From: Podarcis pityusensis
Lineage: Eukaryota
Assembly: GCA_964106645.2 (NCBI GenBank)
Contig: OZ067043.1
Reading direction: 5' to 3' (one strand)
Length of the DNA stretch: 64,000 bases
The notes under the pieces were generated by a model, which worked only from the letters and a program-made list of their open reading frames with translations, did no database searches and had not been told where the DNA came from. The translations under genes were made by a program, and so were the position numbers. This document shows positions 24,252 to 36,663 of this stretch, in pieces; the first letter of the stretch is position 1; the number at the start of each line of letters is the position of its first letter.

Positions 24252-24420
24252 CCGTATTTTTCGCTCTATAACACGCACCCGACCATAACACGCACGTAGT
24301 TTTTAGAGGAGGAAAATCCATAGGCATGCCACCCGTAGGCATTCCCTCCATAACACGCACAGACATTTCCCCTTACTTTTTAGGAGGAAAAAAGTGAGTG
24401 TTATGGTGCAAAAAATACGG
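24252..24420. mobile_element. Tc1/mariner-superfamily MITE
   Basis: TIR ccgtattttt / aaaaatacgg flanked by TA on both sides. Confidence 0.85.
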
Positions 24421-26169
24421 TACTTTCAGGGGCCCTGAGCACCGACAGAATTTAACTAGGGCTTCCTAAATAGATATAGGATGTTTCTGGGAGACACTTT
24501 GTTTTGTATTTTGCTTTGTTTTGTGTTTCTAGCTATTGGTTTGTTTCATTTGTGTGTGGATGCTGATGTTTGGGGAGTTAGGCTCCCCATGGATAAGGGC
24601 ATAATAACTAATAACATTTCTTTGCTTTCCAGGGTACTTTTGGCACAATGATAAATTTCATCTTCCCCAGAATGGTAAGCAGAAAACTATTTTCTGTATC
24701 TGACACCAATGAATACAAAGGAGAACAAGCAAAATTGTCATTTGAAAATAATGAAAATTCACTTAAAAATAAATATGCAACTTGATAAGGGTATTATTCA
24801 TGCAGCTATAAACATCTGAATATTTAAACCCTGTAAAGCCATCTTTAAAATTCCCATCTAATTTTTGTCTAGTATTTTTGGTTGTTGTTTCTACAGAAAC
24901 ATAAAGATTTACCATCTCTGCTGGAAATGCTTTAGAAACCTGGTGTGTTCGCCAATGTGTTTTGCTGCATAATTTATTGTAATATATACATACCCACACA
25001 CATAAATATGGTTTACGTTCTATCAGTTGAGAGAGGAATTGTATCTCTGCTTTAGATTGAGAGAGGGTTAGGCCTATATAATGTTTTACTGTGTTGAACT
25101 GTATAAAAATTGATCCTTATTTATGTTCCACCAGGGTTTTGCTGCATATGTGAATTTAAAATGGTATATTTTCAGAATATAGACACCACATCCTGAGTAA
25201 AAGCTGCATGCTACCATTTTGTAAAAAACAACAACACCCAGATATTTTCTAAGGTTCTCCCCAGCACTACCCCAAGACTGGGAAAAAGGCAATATTTATT
25301 CTACTCTTTGATCATAGCATCTTTGCAATCAAATAAAATGAAAAATTCATCATATTGTATGTAAAAAGGTCACCTTAAAATGAGACTTCATAGAAAAGGA
25401 GCCTGAATGAGATAAACCAACTGTTAAGGAGACTTGTGTTCAACAGCTCTTGAAATAGGCCTCTATTCCCCACCTCAACATCATCTCATTCCTCAAACAT
25501 TTGGTTGGAAATAAACATAAAGCCATCATGCATTTGAACTGTTTTGACAATGGGAGAAAAATATTGCTGGAAAAAAGTAGTTTCTTCCAAGCACTAATGT
25601 AACCTCTTCTTAGTCTTACAGCTGAAAGCTTTCCTGTCTAATCCCAGAAGAAACTTTTCAAAAAAAGGCAATTATTCAAGAACTTAAATGCAAAGATGCA
25701 TTAAAACAATGGAGGGCTTAAAATGTGTGCCAAGCTGATTTTCTGTTGTCTTTGATACAAAAGCAGAGGCATTCACAGGATTTAAGAAAACCTATAACAT
25801 GGTTTCAAGACTGGAGGAGTTTTGTGTGTGTGTGTGAAATAAAAGTTAGATATCTTTGTTGATTCACTGAAGACAGGCTAGGGAGCTTTTGTGGTAGGGA
25901 CTGACTCAATATATTGTGCTTCCCCAGGAGACTGTAGTGTGCAAGTCCAAAATGTGATCACAGAGCCCAACTAACTCTTAGATAGCACACACCACCCATG
26001 ATCTCAGTATCCTCTGCCCCATGCTATGCTGGTGTCTACTGACTCAGGCCTCACCTTGAGTACTGTCAAAGACCCTGTATCCTTTGCATACAAATGGGCC
26101 TATTGGCATGAGGTAACTGTCAATACAGATCATATAATGCCTTCACCTGTTAAAGCCACCCCTAATGCG

Positions 26170-26385
26170 AGAAGTGAAGTTAGAGGGAACCAGGTGGAGG
26201 GCCTTCTCAGTTGTGGAATGCCCTCCCATCAAATAAACAATTATCTGATTTTTAGAAGACATTTGAAAGATGTTTGATGTTTTTATTTGCTGGAAGCCGC
26301 CCTGAATGTCTGGGGCAACCTAGTCAGATGGGTGGCTGCTTCTTCTTCTTCTTCTTCTTCTTTTTCTTCTTATTATTATTAATAT
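26170..26385 (+). mobile_element. L2 3' end fragment
   Basis: agggaaccagg..agggccttctcag..tggaatgccctccc..ggaagccgccc..cagatggg, followed by a simple-repeat tail. Confidence 0.75.
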
Positions 26386-26979
26386 TATCCCTGCATCCTT
26401 TGTTTATGTTGGCAACGCATAAGGTTTTTCGGGGTGAACAGTACAGAATGAGAGAATCCTTTGTCTTTAGGTGCAAAATGAATCACTTCTATCCATGTCA
26501 GGGCTGAGGACTATATATAAAACAAGGAGCTGTCTCATTGTCTTGGTTGGCTGCCAAAGCTTTCCTATGGTGAAAGAAGTGGGAGAACCGGGTCAGTAGG
26601 TGTAGTGCCAAGGCTGACTTTCAGAGAGAAGGGTGTCACACTTAAGAATTGTTTCAGTGAGACTATCACAGAATATGAATCAGCAAAGAGATGCACCCAG
26701 TACCTTATGAAAAACTCCAAAGGACATTTTATTCAAAGTGGTACAGAGGCAGACAAACGATAAGCAAAGCTTAATTGTCACTCTGTCCTGAAAACCGGGG
26801 AGCATAAACTGAGGCACCCAGAGGTCACTAGCATCTTAAAGCACGTATTTCTGGTGACTATTCAAGTTGCTCTGTGTAGGGGCTAGCAATAAATCTGCTA
26901 GTGCATTGGCAAAGCTAAGCAAGGTCTGGTTTCAAAGTGAATGGGGAACTGTGTGTTGAGATTCCTGCATTTGCAAGGG

Positions 26980-27348
26980 GGGCGTGGGTGGCGCTGTGGT
27001 CTAAACCTCTGAGCCTCTTGGGCTTGCCGATCAGAAGGTTGGTGGTTCATATCCCCATGACGGAGTGAACTCCTGTTGCTCTGCCCCAGCTCCTGCCAAC
27101 CTAGCAGTCTGAAAGCACACCAGTGCAAGTAGATAAATAGGTACTGCTATGGTGGGAAGGTAAATGGTGTTTCCATGCATTCTAGTTTCCATCATGGTGT
27201 TCCGTTGCGCCAGAAGTGGTTTAGTCACGCTGGCCACATGACTCGGAAAGCTGTCAGCTTGAAAGAGAGATGAGTTCTGCAACCCCATAGTCGCCTTTGA
27301 CTGGATATAACCGCCATGGGGTCCTTTACTTTTACCATTTTTTTACCT
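26980..27348 (+). mobile_element. Sauria SINE nested in a CR1 3' end (26955-27410)
   Basis: TSD atttgcaaggg at 26969-26979 and 27349-27359. The flanks rejoin to a CR1 tail ending attctatgatt. Confidence 0.88.
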
Positions 27349-27913
27349 ATTTGCAAGGGTTTGGACTACATGAACCTTGGTGGTCCCTTTCAACTCTACA
27401 ATTCTATGATTTCTTCTTTGTAGCTTACCCTTCCCAGTCCAGGTAGATGCTCACCCCCACCACAAGTTTCAGTATGACCTCCCTCTTCCTTCCTTTTTCT
27501 CCCACACAACCATTCCTGGAAGCAAGAATTACCTAATTTGAGGCAGGCCTTCCCAAGGCATTGCCACAGGTGCTCTTTCATTTTCATGGCTTGGCCCCGG
27601 AAGATATCAATATTATTCGTAATCCGAGTGGGTGTGTGAGGCTAGGCAGGTTGCCTTGTCTTTCCCACACCACTGAGCAGCCTCTCATTGGATAAAGGCT
27701 CACACGCCCTGGCACTTTTCAGTGAAGCACTTCCTGAACCAGACAACAGGCCCACTCTTCTCACTGACTCACTCAGATCACCATCACTCTAAACTTGTGG
27801 CTCCATCTTGCTTTCAGATGCTGCTTGGGTTCTCCTGCAGTGCGGTTCTAGACCTCCCAGGAATGATCAGGGCATAGATGACAGTTTCTGACTGCCCCTG
27901 AGGTGATCTAGGT

Positions 27914-28049
27914 CAGTGTTTCCCAACCTTGGGCCTCCAGCTGTTTTCGAACTACAATTCCCATCATCCCTGACCACTGGTCTTGCTAGCTGAGGATTAT
28001 GGGAGTTGTAGTCCAAAAACAGCTGGAGGCCCAAGGTTGGGAAATGCTG
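27914..28049. mobile_element. Palindromic hAT MITE (136 bp)
   Basis: Long inverted arms and perfect 8-bp TSD atctaggt. Confidence 0.92.
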
Positions 28050-28374
28050 ATCTAGGTCACTGAGGGTGTTCTTTTTACATCTTTCCTTCTTCCACATTGC
28101 CTGCATTGCAGGATAAGCCAGAGAAACAGAAAAACTGGCTCTGTGAGCATTGTTTGCTCAAACAATGGAAGGTGTGTCCACATGAAGAAGCTCATTCCAG
28201 GCCAGGGGAAGGAAGCAGGGCTGAGCTGTTCATTCCTCTCATTGTATCCTACAGATTCTGGAACAAACAGCCAGAATTAGTCCTCATTTCCACGTGATCA
28301 TGTGCATCATCGTCTTTTATTATTTGCTAAATATTTACAGTTTGCTAAGGAGCATGAAACTGAACTAAAGTCAT

Positions 28375-28592
28375 TTAATGTTTTTATTTTATTCTTGTCT
28401 TGTTCTTTCTCTAAGAAGCTCAGGACAATCTACATGGCCCACCATGATGCCCCCCCCCCCCTTAATTCGCACAAGCACCTGGTGAAGTTGGTTAGCCTAA
28501 TAGAGAGTGACTGGCCCAAGATCGCCTAGTGAGCTTCATAACTGAGTGGGGATTCGAACTCATCTCCCCCAGGCCTTGGTCACTACAACAAC
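28375..28592 (-). mobile_element. CORE-type SINE (Squam3/MIR-like)
   Basis: gtgactggcccaag..gtgagcttcat..gggattcgaac is the reverse of the 23534 family. Confidence 0.6.
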
Positions 28593-30344
28593 ACTTTCTA
28601 CCCAATATCACTCATGTGGGGAAGGGCATTTGCAAGAAGTATATTTACTGAGGACAGAATCACTTGCTATTGTAGCAAACATATGCTCCCGAACCTATTT
28701 TTTGCTGTAATGACATTAATACAGGAAAGAACAGAAAAAAGTAGGCAGGTGGGATCCTTAACCTTTCCCATGCCCACCACTCTCCCCTACAAATGCTTCT
28801 AAAAGTTCCCCCCCTCCTCCCCCTGAGTTAGCTTTACTTTCAGTCTCTACCCGATGAAGGAAAATGATCTTGGGTGGACATTGGTGTGATTAAGCACCTC
28901 TTCCTTCCTGCTTTCCAACTCTCTCTTGTAACTTACTAAGCCGTGTATTCAGGCATCTTGACAAACAGGTTTGGGAATAAGCATTTGCTGAGATAATATG
29001 TAGTTTTGCCTCCAACTGAACAGGTAAGCACTGTGGTCAGATCTTTGATTCTGTGTATGGTATAGTATGGATGTGATCTAAGAGGCGCTATGGGGAGATC
29101 CCCCCCCCCCACACCCGGCAACAAATCGGGGGAGGATTTACACTGGGGAAAGGGAGAAAAGAATTCCACAAACTTTTTCAGCACGTCATGTTCCCAACTT
29201 TCAAAGCGGCCACATGAGGCTACTGATTAGGTTCCCCCACCCCCAAACATACACACATACACAATCTTAATCACAGATCTGGTCACAGCTAGTTTGACTC
29301 TGAGCTGATAAACCAAGAAGACCACAGTTATTAGTGTGTGGCGGGGTAGAATGATGTTTAGTGTTTGGGGTGGGGTGAGCAAGGATGAGACTTTGCATGA
29401 TTATCTTTTACTTCTGAGGCTGAATCCTGGACAAAGTGCTAGTTTTTTGGCCAAAAAAAATAAATCTGTCTATTCATTAACAGAACACTAAATATTAAAA
29501 TGAGGTTGTTAGTCAATTTCTCATTTATTCTCACGTCTGGACTTGTGTTGTGTTCAGGGTCATTAAACCACTCGTTTGATATTTTTTCACATAATAAAAC
29601 CCAAACTGAACTCACCCATATCATTTCCATTGATGTAGTTAAGGGTGTTTTTGTTTTGCTTTAAGGGTTTTTGTTGTTGTTATTGTTTCTAGATCATATG
29701 TAGGGTGATAAATGTCAGATAGCCAAAGAAAATAAATTGTGGAATGTAATTAATCTGCACCTTTAACAAAACACACTTTCTTTCTCATTTCCACCTCTTG
29801 CTGTGCTTAATGAATAAAGATTAAATGCACATTACTATGAATAGTCAAAGCATTCTAGGTTTTAATCAAAATGTTTTTCCTGCACTCTGTATGCTAATGA
29901 ATGATCTGATACCTGTAAATGTTAAATGCAGACCATATACTGCCGAGAATTTCATTACATATCAGCAATATTATTATTTTTTAAGGTTAAAAACTTCCAT
30001 TCATGCTCTCCAGTCCATGCATATACCACATGCATTCTAGCACACAGCTTAGATTGTAAGATCCTCAGAACAGGCTGCTGCTGTTGTTGTTAACTGAAAC
30101 AATATCATATACATTAGCGCTGCTATGTAAATAATAAATAAACAATAACACTTTCATGGGAACGTCTGTAAATTCCTGCAAACCATGTTAGATTGTGGCT
30201 TTTACCTCTCAGAGAAATGTAAAATATCTATATTTCTTCTTATACGTTAGAAATAGCTTTGGGGATGCTGGTGTCACTTAACTGTTCAGTTCATTTTTAA
30301 GGAATGAAATTCGTCTTAATTAGTAAAAACAATAGATGGATAGG

Positions 30345-30347
<3 letters not shown>

Positions 30348-30386
<39 letters not shown>
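30348..30386. repeat. (CT)n microsatellite
   Basis: Direct reading. Confidence 0.95.
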
Positions 30387-30388
<2 letters not shown>

Positions 30389-31742
30389 CCTCTTATTTTT
30401 CAAGAGGTAGTTCACTCACTGTGCAGCTTATCAGCTGTAGATTATCCCGATAAATGACAAGTTCTTGTCTCCAGCTTTGTAACCTCTTTGTCAGACATCA
30501 CCTTGTTCGACCAAATAGCTTACTTGATGTGCGGCTGCCCCAATTGTCTGGCACCCTACCATAGCTGGGCTATATGCCAGCTTGAGCTTCACAACTATTT
30601 ATGGCTTTGTGCATTCAAAGTTCAGCTATGCAAATCACAACTATTAAAAAAAGAAGGCACTGCAGATTTGTTTTTGAGATGTATTATGTGGCTCGCAAGG
30701 TCAAATCATTTGTTTTCTCTCCAGTAAAATACAGTTTTGTCAGTAATGATCGAAAAGATCATCACCTTTTTTTTAAAGCTGAGTCAAATTGAATGTAAAC
30801 ATCTCTTCACTCCTCTGCTACAATCATGTGGCACACTTTTAACAGTGCAAAGAGAAGAAAGGGGGCATAGAATACAAGATGGCATGCAAAAGTAACTTTT
30901 GTAGTGCATAATTAATAATGAGGACAGGGGAGAACCCTACAAGTTTGGAGAAAATGGTGAACATGGGAGGGCCAGTTTTGAAGTTTAAATTTTCACCCAC
31001 CAAACTGGATAAGGACAAGGTGGAAAGAAACATTCTGCAGCAACTTAGGCTGTTAATTTTTTTCTTAGTTGGACTCCTGTGCATTTCACATATTACTTAG
31101 ATTTTCTTCCAGGGATTGTCTTGGTAGGGAGATATTGTTGTTACAGGAAAATGTTTACTTGTTAAATTTGTGCTTGTCTTGCAACTGTCAAGAAAAGAAA
31201 AGAAAATGGAAGTCAAATAAAAGTCTTGGGTGACAAACAAAAACCTGGCAACATAGAGACTCTTTTTCAATCCTACCTGGAGATGCCAAAAATTGAATGC
31301 ATATGCCTTATCTATAAACCAACCCAACTTGCCATGTTACCTGATAATGGAACAATCCCAGAAATCTTTATAGCTTGGGAGATTTAGAATGCCTTATGCA
31401 GTCCATGTCTACTTAGAAATAAATCCCACTGAGTTCATTAGGATTTGCTTCCAGGTAAGTGTGTATAGGATAGCAACCTTAATCACACACAAATTCTTCC
31501 TTCCCAGGGCTTAAAGTTAGTTGGTCCTACTGACACCCATGGAGCCATAATTAGCCAGTTGTTATAGGACTAGCCACCATGTGTGGCAGGCTGTGGGAGT
31601 CCAAGGTCTTGCAATAAAAGACAGCCAGACTCCTTTCCTTCACCAGCATTCCCACAATGCATTGCAACTGCTGCTCAAAGTGTGTGGACAGGCCTTTCAA
31701 CAGAGCCATGGTCACAGGGTATGTAAGGCACAAGCTCCTTCC

Positions 31743-32511
31743 CAGACCATCCTAGTGTCCCTATTTTTCAAGGACAGTCCTGGTTTTACAGAAGCCATTC
31801 TGGTCCCGGAATGTCCCACTTTTCCTTTGTTGTTGTTGTTGTTTAGTCGTTTAGTTGTGTCTGACTCTTCGTGACCCCATGGACCAGAGCACGCCAGGCC
31901 CTCCTGTCTTCCACTGCCTCCCGCAGTTTGGTCAAACTCATGCTGGTAGCTTCGAGAACACTGTCCAACCATCTCGTCCTCTGTCGTCCCCTTCTCCTTG
32001 TGCCCTCAATCTTTCCCAACATCAGGGTCTTTTCCAGGGAGTCTTCTCTTCTCATGAGGTGGACAAAGTATTGGAGTCTCAGCTTCAGGATCTGTCCTTC
32101 CAGTGAGCACTCAGGGCTGATTTCCTTAAAAATGGATAGGTTTGATCTTCTTGCAGTCCATGGGACTCTCAAGAGTCTCCTCCAGCACCATAATTCAAAA
32201 GCATCAATTCTTCGGCGATCAGCCTTCTTTATGATCACTTTTCCTTAGGACATCCCTATTTTCATTGGAGAAATGTTGGAGGGTATGGAGTTATGTGACC
32301 CCTGAGCCAAGGAGATAAGTAACTGTACAACCTTTAGAAGACATTTGAAAGCAGCCCTGTATAGGAAAGACTTTTTAAAGCTCAATATTTTATTATGTTT
32401 TTCTATATGTTGGAAGCCACCCAGAGTGGCTAGTGCAACCCAGCCAGATAAGTAGGGTATAAATAATAAAATTATGGTGATGGGGTGGAATACGAAATGT
32501 TGGAGGATATG
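31743..32511 (+). mobile_element. Composite TIR element with L2 tail (copy B), interrupted by BovB
   Basis: Starts cagaccatcctagtg, contains internal ttggagggtatg, carries an L2 tail at about 32305-32475, and ends gaaatgttggaggatatg. Confidence 0.72.
31828..32235 (-). mobile_element. RTE-BovB LINE, 5'-truncated
   Basis: ORF reads KKADRRRIDAFELWCWRRLLRVPWTARRSN..DSLEKTLMLGKIEG..HGVTKS. (CAA)n tail. 11-bp TSD cacttttcctt at 31817-31827 and 32236-32246. Confidence 0.95.
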
Positions 32512-33046
32512 CACCACACTGGTTTAGCCAGCTTAGTTGTGCTTTTGGAGGCTCAGAAAGAGCTTTCCTTTCTTTTTTCTTTTCTTCTTTAGGGGATGGC
32601 GAGGCTCATAATCTAGCATAGTTTGGGGAGCCCCAGTGTGACCAACACTTTACTGGTATCTTTACACTGAGACGCTTTTACATCTCCTGTGCCATTGAAG
32701 GAATTCTCTTTTCTATTTAAGTTTCTACACCACACCCATCGGCTTGGTAGCCAGACGGCGCCCGAAATGAAAATGTAAACATTGCACAACTGTGAAGAGA
32801 GATAAAAGTACACAAGCTCATGGAGACTGCCACTTAGTCTGTGTTTGTCTGTGGCACCTTATTGTTTGCTGTGGGTTGCTGGCTGGAATACAACAGGCTG
32901 CTGGAAATCCTAATAGGAGACATTATTTTCAATGCTGGCAGTTCCAAAGAGCTTGCTCCTGTCTCTGGTTATCCATTGTGATTTAAATGACAGCGGGGAA
33001 CTCAGGTCTGCGTGGTCCATGGGAATAACAGGCATTTTCTTTGCAT

Positions 33047-33247
33047 AAAGGTAAAGGGTAAAGGGCCCCTGATAGTTAGGTCCGGTCACGGATGACTCTG
33101 GGGTTGCAGCACTCATCTCGCTTTACTGGCCGAGGGAGCCGGCGTACAGCTTCCGGGTCATGTGGCCAGCATGACTGAGCCGCTTCTGGCAAACCAGAGC
33201 AGCGCACAGAAATGCTGTTTACCTTCCCGCAGGAGCAGTACCTATCT
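33047..33247 (-). mobile_element. Sauria SINE, 3' half
   Basis: Matches the 3' 200 bp of the family, including the tail. Confidence 0.88.
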
Positions 33248-33517
33248 GTGTTGTCTGTGTGTGGTTTCGAAGACATTGCTGTTCTCAAACCCAAGCGAAG
33301 CAAAGGAGGATCCCCCCCCCAACACATGCACGTTTTCAGTTTCCCTATGAATAATATAGAGAAAGCTGCAAAGCTGAATGGTCTTTTGGCACCATTGAGC
33401 AATGTTGGTCCAGCCACCAGAAATGACGTAACATCAGCAAATGTGAAAAAGTTCAGCTTGCTTAATGGCTGAGCAAACGTTTTCATGCCAGGGATCCCAG
33501 GTTCATTCTCAGGCCTC

Positions 33518-33606
33518 CAGACCTTCCATGTGTCCCTACTTTCCAAGGACAGTCCTGGATTTACAGAAGCTGTTCCAGTTTCAAATTTGATTCTGGAATG
33601 TTCTGC
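33518..33606 (+). mobile_element. Composite TIR element, left part only (copy D)
   Basis: cagaccttccatgtgtccctact..ggacagtcctggatttacagaagc matches 31743-31815. Confidence 0.65.
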
Positions 33607-34365
33607 CACATACATTAGAGATGTACTGTCTGCTAGAGGAGATAATATTGGCCTATGCTGACCAGTTGTCAGAACCTATATAAAGCAGCTTCCTAGATGA
33701 AAGCCATGAAATCACAGAATATTCATTTTTTTGTAATATAAACTAAATAGTTCTCTCTTATGAATTATGGTCTAGTTCTATAGTCCGGGGGGGGGGGCTA
33801 GGTATTTATGTGGCCAAACCTAGTTTCCTATGAAACTTTATCACTGTCACAGGAAAGAGAAAGGAGGTGTCTTCATGATTGTCACAAAAGCCTGCCAATT
33901 GGCATTCGACATCGTCAACTTCTCCTGGAAATTGAGAAAAACCAGTTGCGTCTGGTTTTGATGCAATTTTCAGTTTATAGATCTATCCTAAAAGAGGTGG
34001 CTTAGACTTTCCATTCAAGGTATATACATCTGTCTTGTGCCTGAGTCGAGCAAAGAGCCTGCAGAATGAATAAAGAAACTTTTCCATTCAGCCCAGGCCA
34101 GATTTTATCAGTTCAAAGTGTAGACTTTGGACCTTTATTAATACCTACAAAGCTATGGAACTTATCAACTGTTAAATGACTATCCTTTAGTCAATTCACT
34201 TGAAAAGAGCAGCATGTTCAAAGAAACTCCCAGAAAACATGGCTAAGATAAACACTTCAAAAAAAATCTGTCCCATAGACATCCTATTTAAAAGCTTCTT
34301 GAAAAACATAACTTTCAATAACATTAGCATTTCGGTTTTCAAGAAGCCTAGATTGAAATTGAATT

Positions 34366-34495
34366 NNNNNNNNNNNNNNNNNNNNNNNNNNNNNNNNNNN
34401 NNNNNNNNNNNNNNNNNNNNNNNNNNNNNNNNNNNNNNNNNNNNNNNNNNNNNNNNNNNNNNNNNNNNNNNNNNNNNNNNNNNNNNNNNNNNNNN
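34366..34495. other. Assembly gap (130 N)
   Basis: Run of N. Confidence 1.
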
Positions 34496-34947
34496 AAAAA
34501 AAGCTTTAACAAATTTATTCTGGCACTCTTCACCATGGAGGCTAGACTTTTTCTAAAAAAAAATTTAAAAAATGGAATACAGTTTTAATGTATAAAGGTT
34601 ATTCTCAACTCCCCTCTGTGCTATAGTTTTCATATATAACTCAAGTAAGGACAACTTGTTATTAAAGAAGCCAGCAGGTGTTCTTCTCTCTGAAACATAC
34701 TAAATAAAGAACTCTAACTGATTGTGTTGGCTGCATGCTCTGGAGGGGAAAAAGAGAAATTAAATAATGAAGGTAGAAACTTTTCAACAGGGACCTTGCT
34801 TTGGTAAAAGCAAAAGATTTTGTCGGAGCTAGGAAGTTCAGTAACAAAAATTTGGGCTGAGTTGCTTGGTAGGGGGGTTTTTACATTCTTTTGGAAACAT
34901 GGGTGCTTCTAGATGGGGGCACTTTGAATGCTAGCTTCCCTCTAAGT

Positions 34948-35083
34948 CAGTGATGGCCAAACTTGGCTCTACAGCTGTTTTGGGACTACAATTCCCATCA
35001 TCCCTGACCACTGGTCCTGTTAGCTAGGGATGATGGGAGTTGTAGTCCCAAAACAGCTGGAGGGCCAAGTTTGGCCATCACTG
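34948..35083. mobile_element. Palindromic hAT MITE (136 bp)
   Basis: TIR cagtgatggccaaacttggc. TSD ctctaagt. Confidence 0.93.
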
Positions 35084-36527
35084 CTCTAAGTCATGTATAT
35101 TCAGTGCCATTTCAATGCTTGCCATCTATTCTTGTGGGAAGAGAGACTGTATCTGAGTAGTTTTTCTGTCCCTCCCTCAATCACACCTCCCACTCTCTCT
35201 ATTATCTTTTCTCATTCTGTACATGCATGCACCAAAAGTGTTGGTCAAAGGGCTTGCGAGTTAAAGCTCTAGACGATGCCATGAATGAGCTTGCACATGC
35301 CGTATATATGATTGTACAGAAGACCACTCAAAGAACAGCAGTCATGGGAAAGTGCAACTTTGCTTTATTGAGATTCCTTGAGAGGATGGAATCATTATTA
35401 AACCAGTTCACATCCAGAGTATCAAATATGTTCTAAACCAGCACTCAGGGAACTGCATCAGTTTCTTTGCAAATTTGTTTCTCCGGTGGGCACGATGATA
35501 TTTCTTCACCCAGTAGGGGAGCTATTATATATATATATGTATGTATATTTACTTTGGGCTTTGCCATGTCAGTAATAAAAGCCATGTGTACGTAAATGTG
35601 AAAGAAATTAGGGGAAAGTTCTAATTATGGAGTTGCAGCGAAGCATAATTGAGGCCACTGAACTCAGTGCTTTTTGGAAAATCATCAAATCTATCCTAGG
35701 GTGAAGGTTGCACAAAACTCTCCTTTGGATTCAGAACTAGTGACTGACCAGCATGCCATTTGGGATCTGGAAGTAAGCCAGTGAGAGGGAACTCTTTCCC
35801 CGGCTCCCGGAGGTTGACCAAACTTCAGTCGCTTCTTTAAAAATTGTGTAAGAGCTTGTGTAAGAGTTTTATTATTTATTTGGTTGGTTGATTGCTTTGT
35901 TTGGTTTCAAAATCCTCAGGCTGCCTCTCCAAAGAAAGACTCGAGTCTCAAAGGAGCAAGAATAAAGCCATCCAATAAAACAATTGAAACAAAATCTTCA
36001 ATGTATTAAAAGCACTGTAACCAATAAAAACAGCCAACACGATAAAACACACAAGAGTAGCTTATTTTCCCAGCTTGCTAGGCCCACTGCTAATATCCTC
36101 CCCAGTGCTTATTTGCCAGGCTTCATCTTTGGCTTCCTTTCACTGCTTGGTTCAGATGTGGCTTTCGAGGGATGCCTTCAGGGAGGATGACTCCTGAATG
36201 CAGTTGTGTGCTGCTTTGCTGGGCATGAGGAAGTATGTGCCGTGTTCTGCTGCTTGTTTTGATATTCATGAGTTGACGATTATGATTTTGATAGCATATT
36301 TTTTATTTTAAAAATGATAGAGCTTTAAAAATATTTTTTCCATTTGTTTAGGGTTTTTTTTTAAAGACATACAGTGTCATGGAAACCATAATATAGGTCT
36401 TACTTCTTCCAGTAGAAGTCCTCACTTCCTTTTTCTCCAGGAATTTTCAACAGGGCTGAATGGAGACCTTAATGGGTGAATGACATGAGGAAGATGGGTG
36501 GTTCCTAGGAGCAGTCATGTCCTAAGA

Positions 36528-36663
36528 CAGGCTTCCTCAACCTCGGCCCTCCAGCTGTTTTTGGCCTACAACTCCCATGATCCCTAGCTAGCAGGACCAG
36601 TGGTCAGGGATGATGGGAATTTTAGTCTCAAAACACCTGGAGGGCCAAGGTTGAGGAAGCCCA
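36528..36663. mobile_element. Palindromic hAT MITE (136 bp)
   Basis: TIR caggcttcctcaacct. TSD tcctaaga. Confidence 0.92.
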
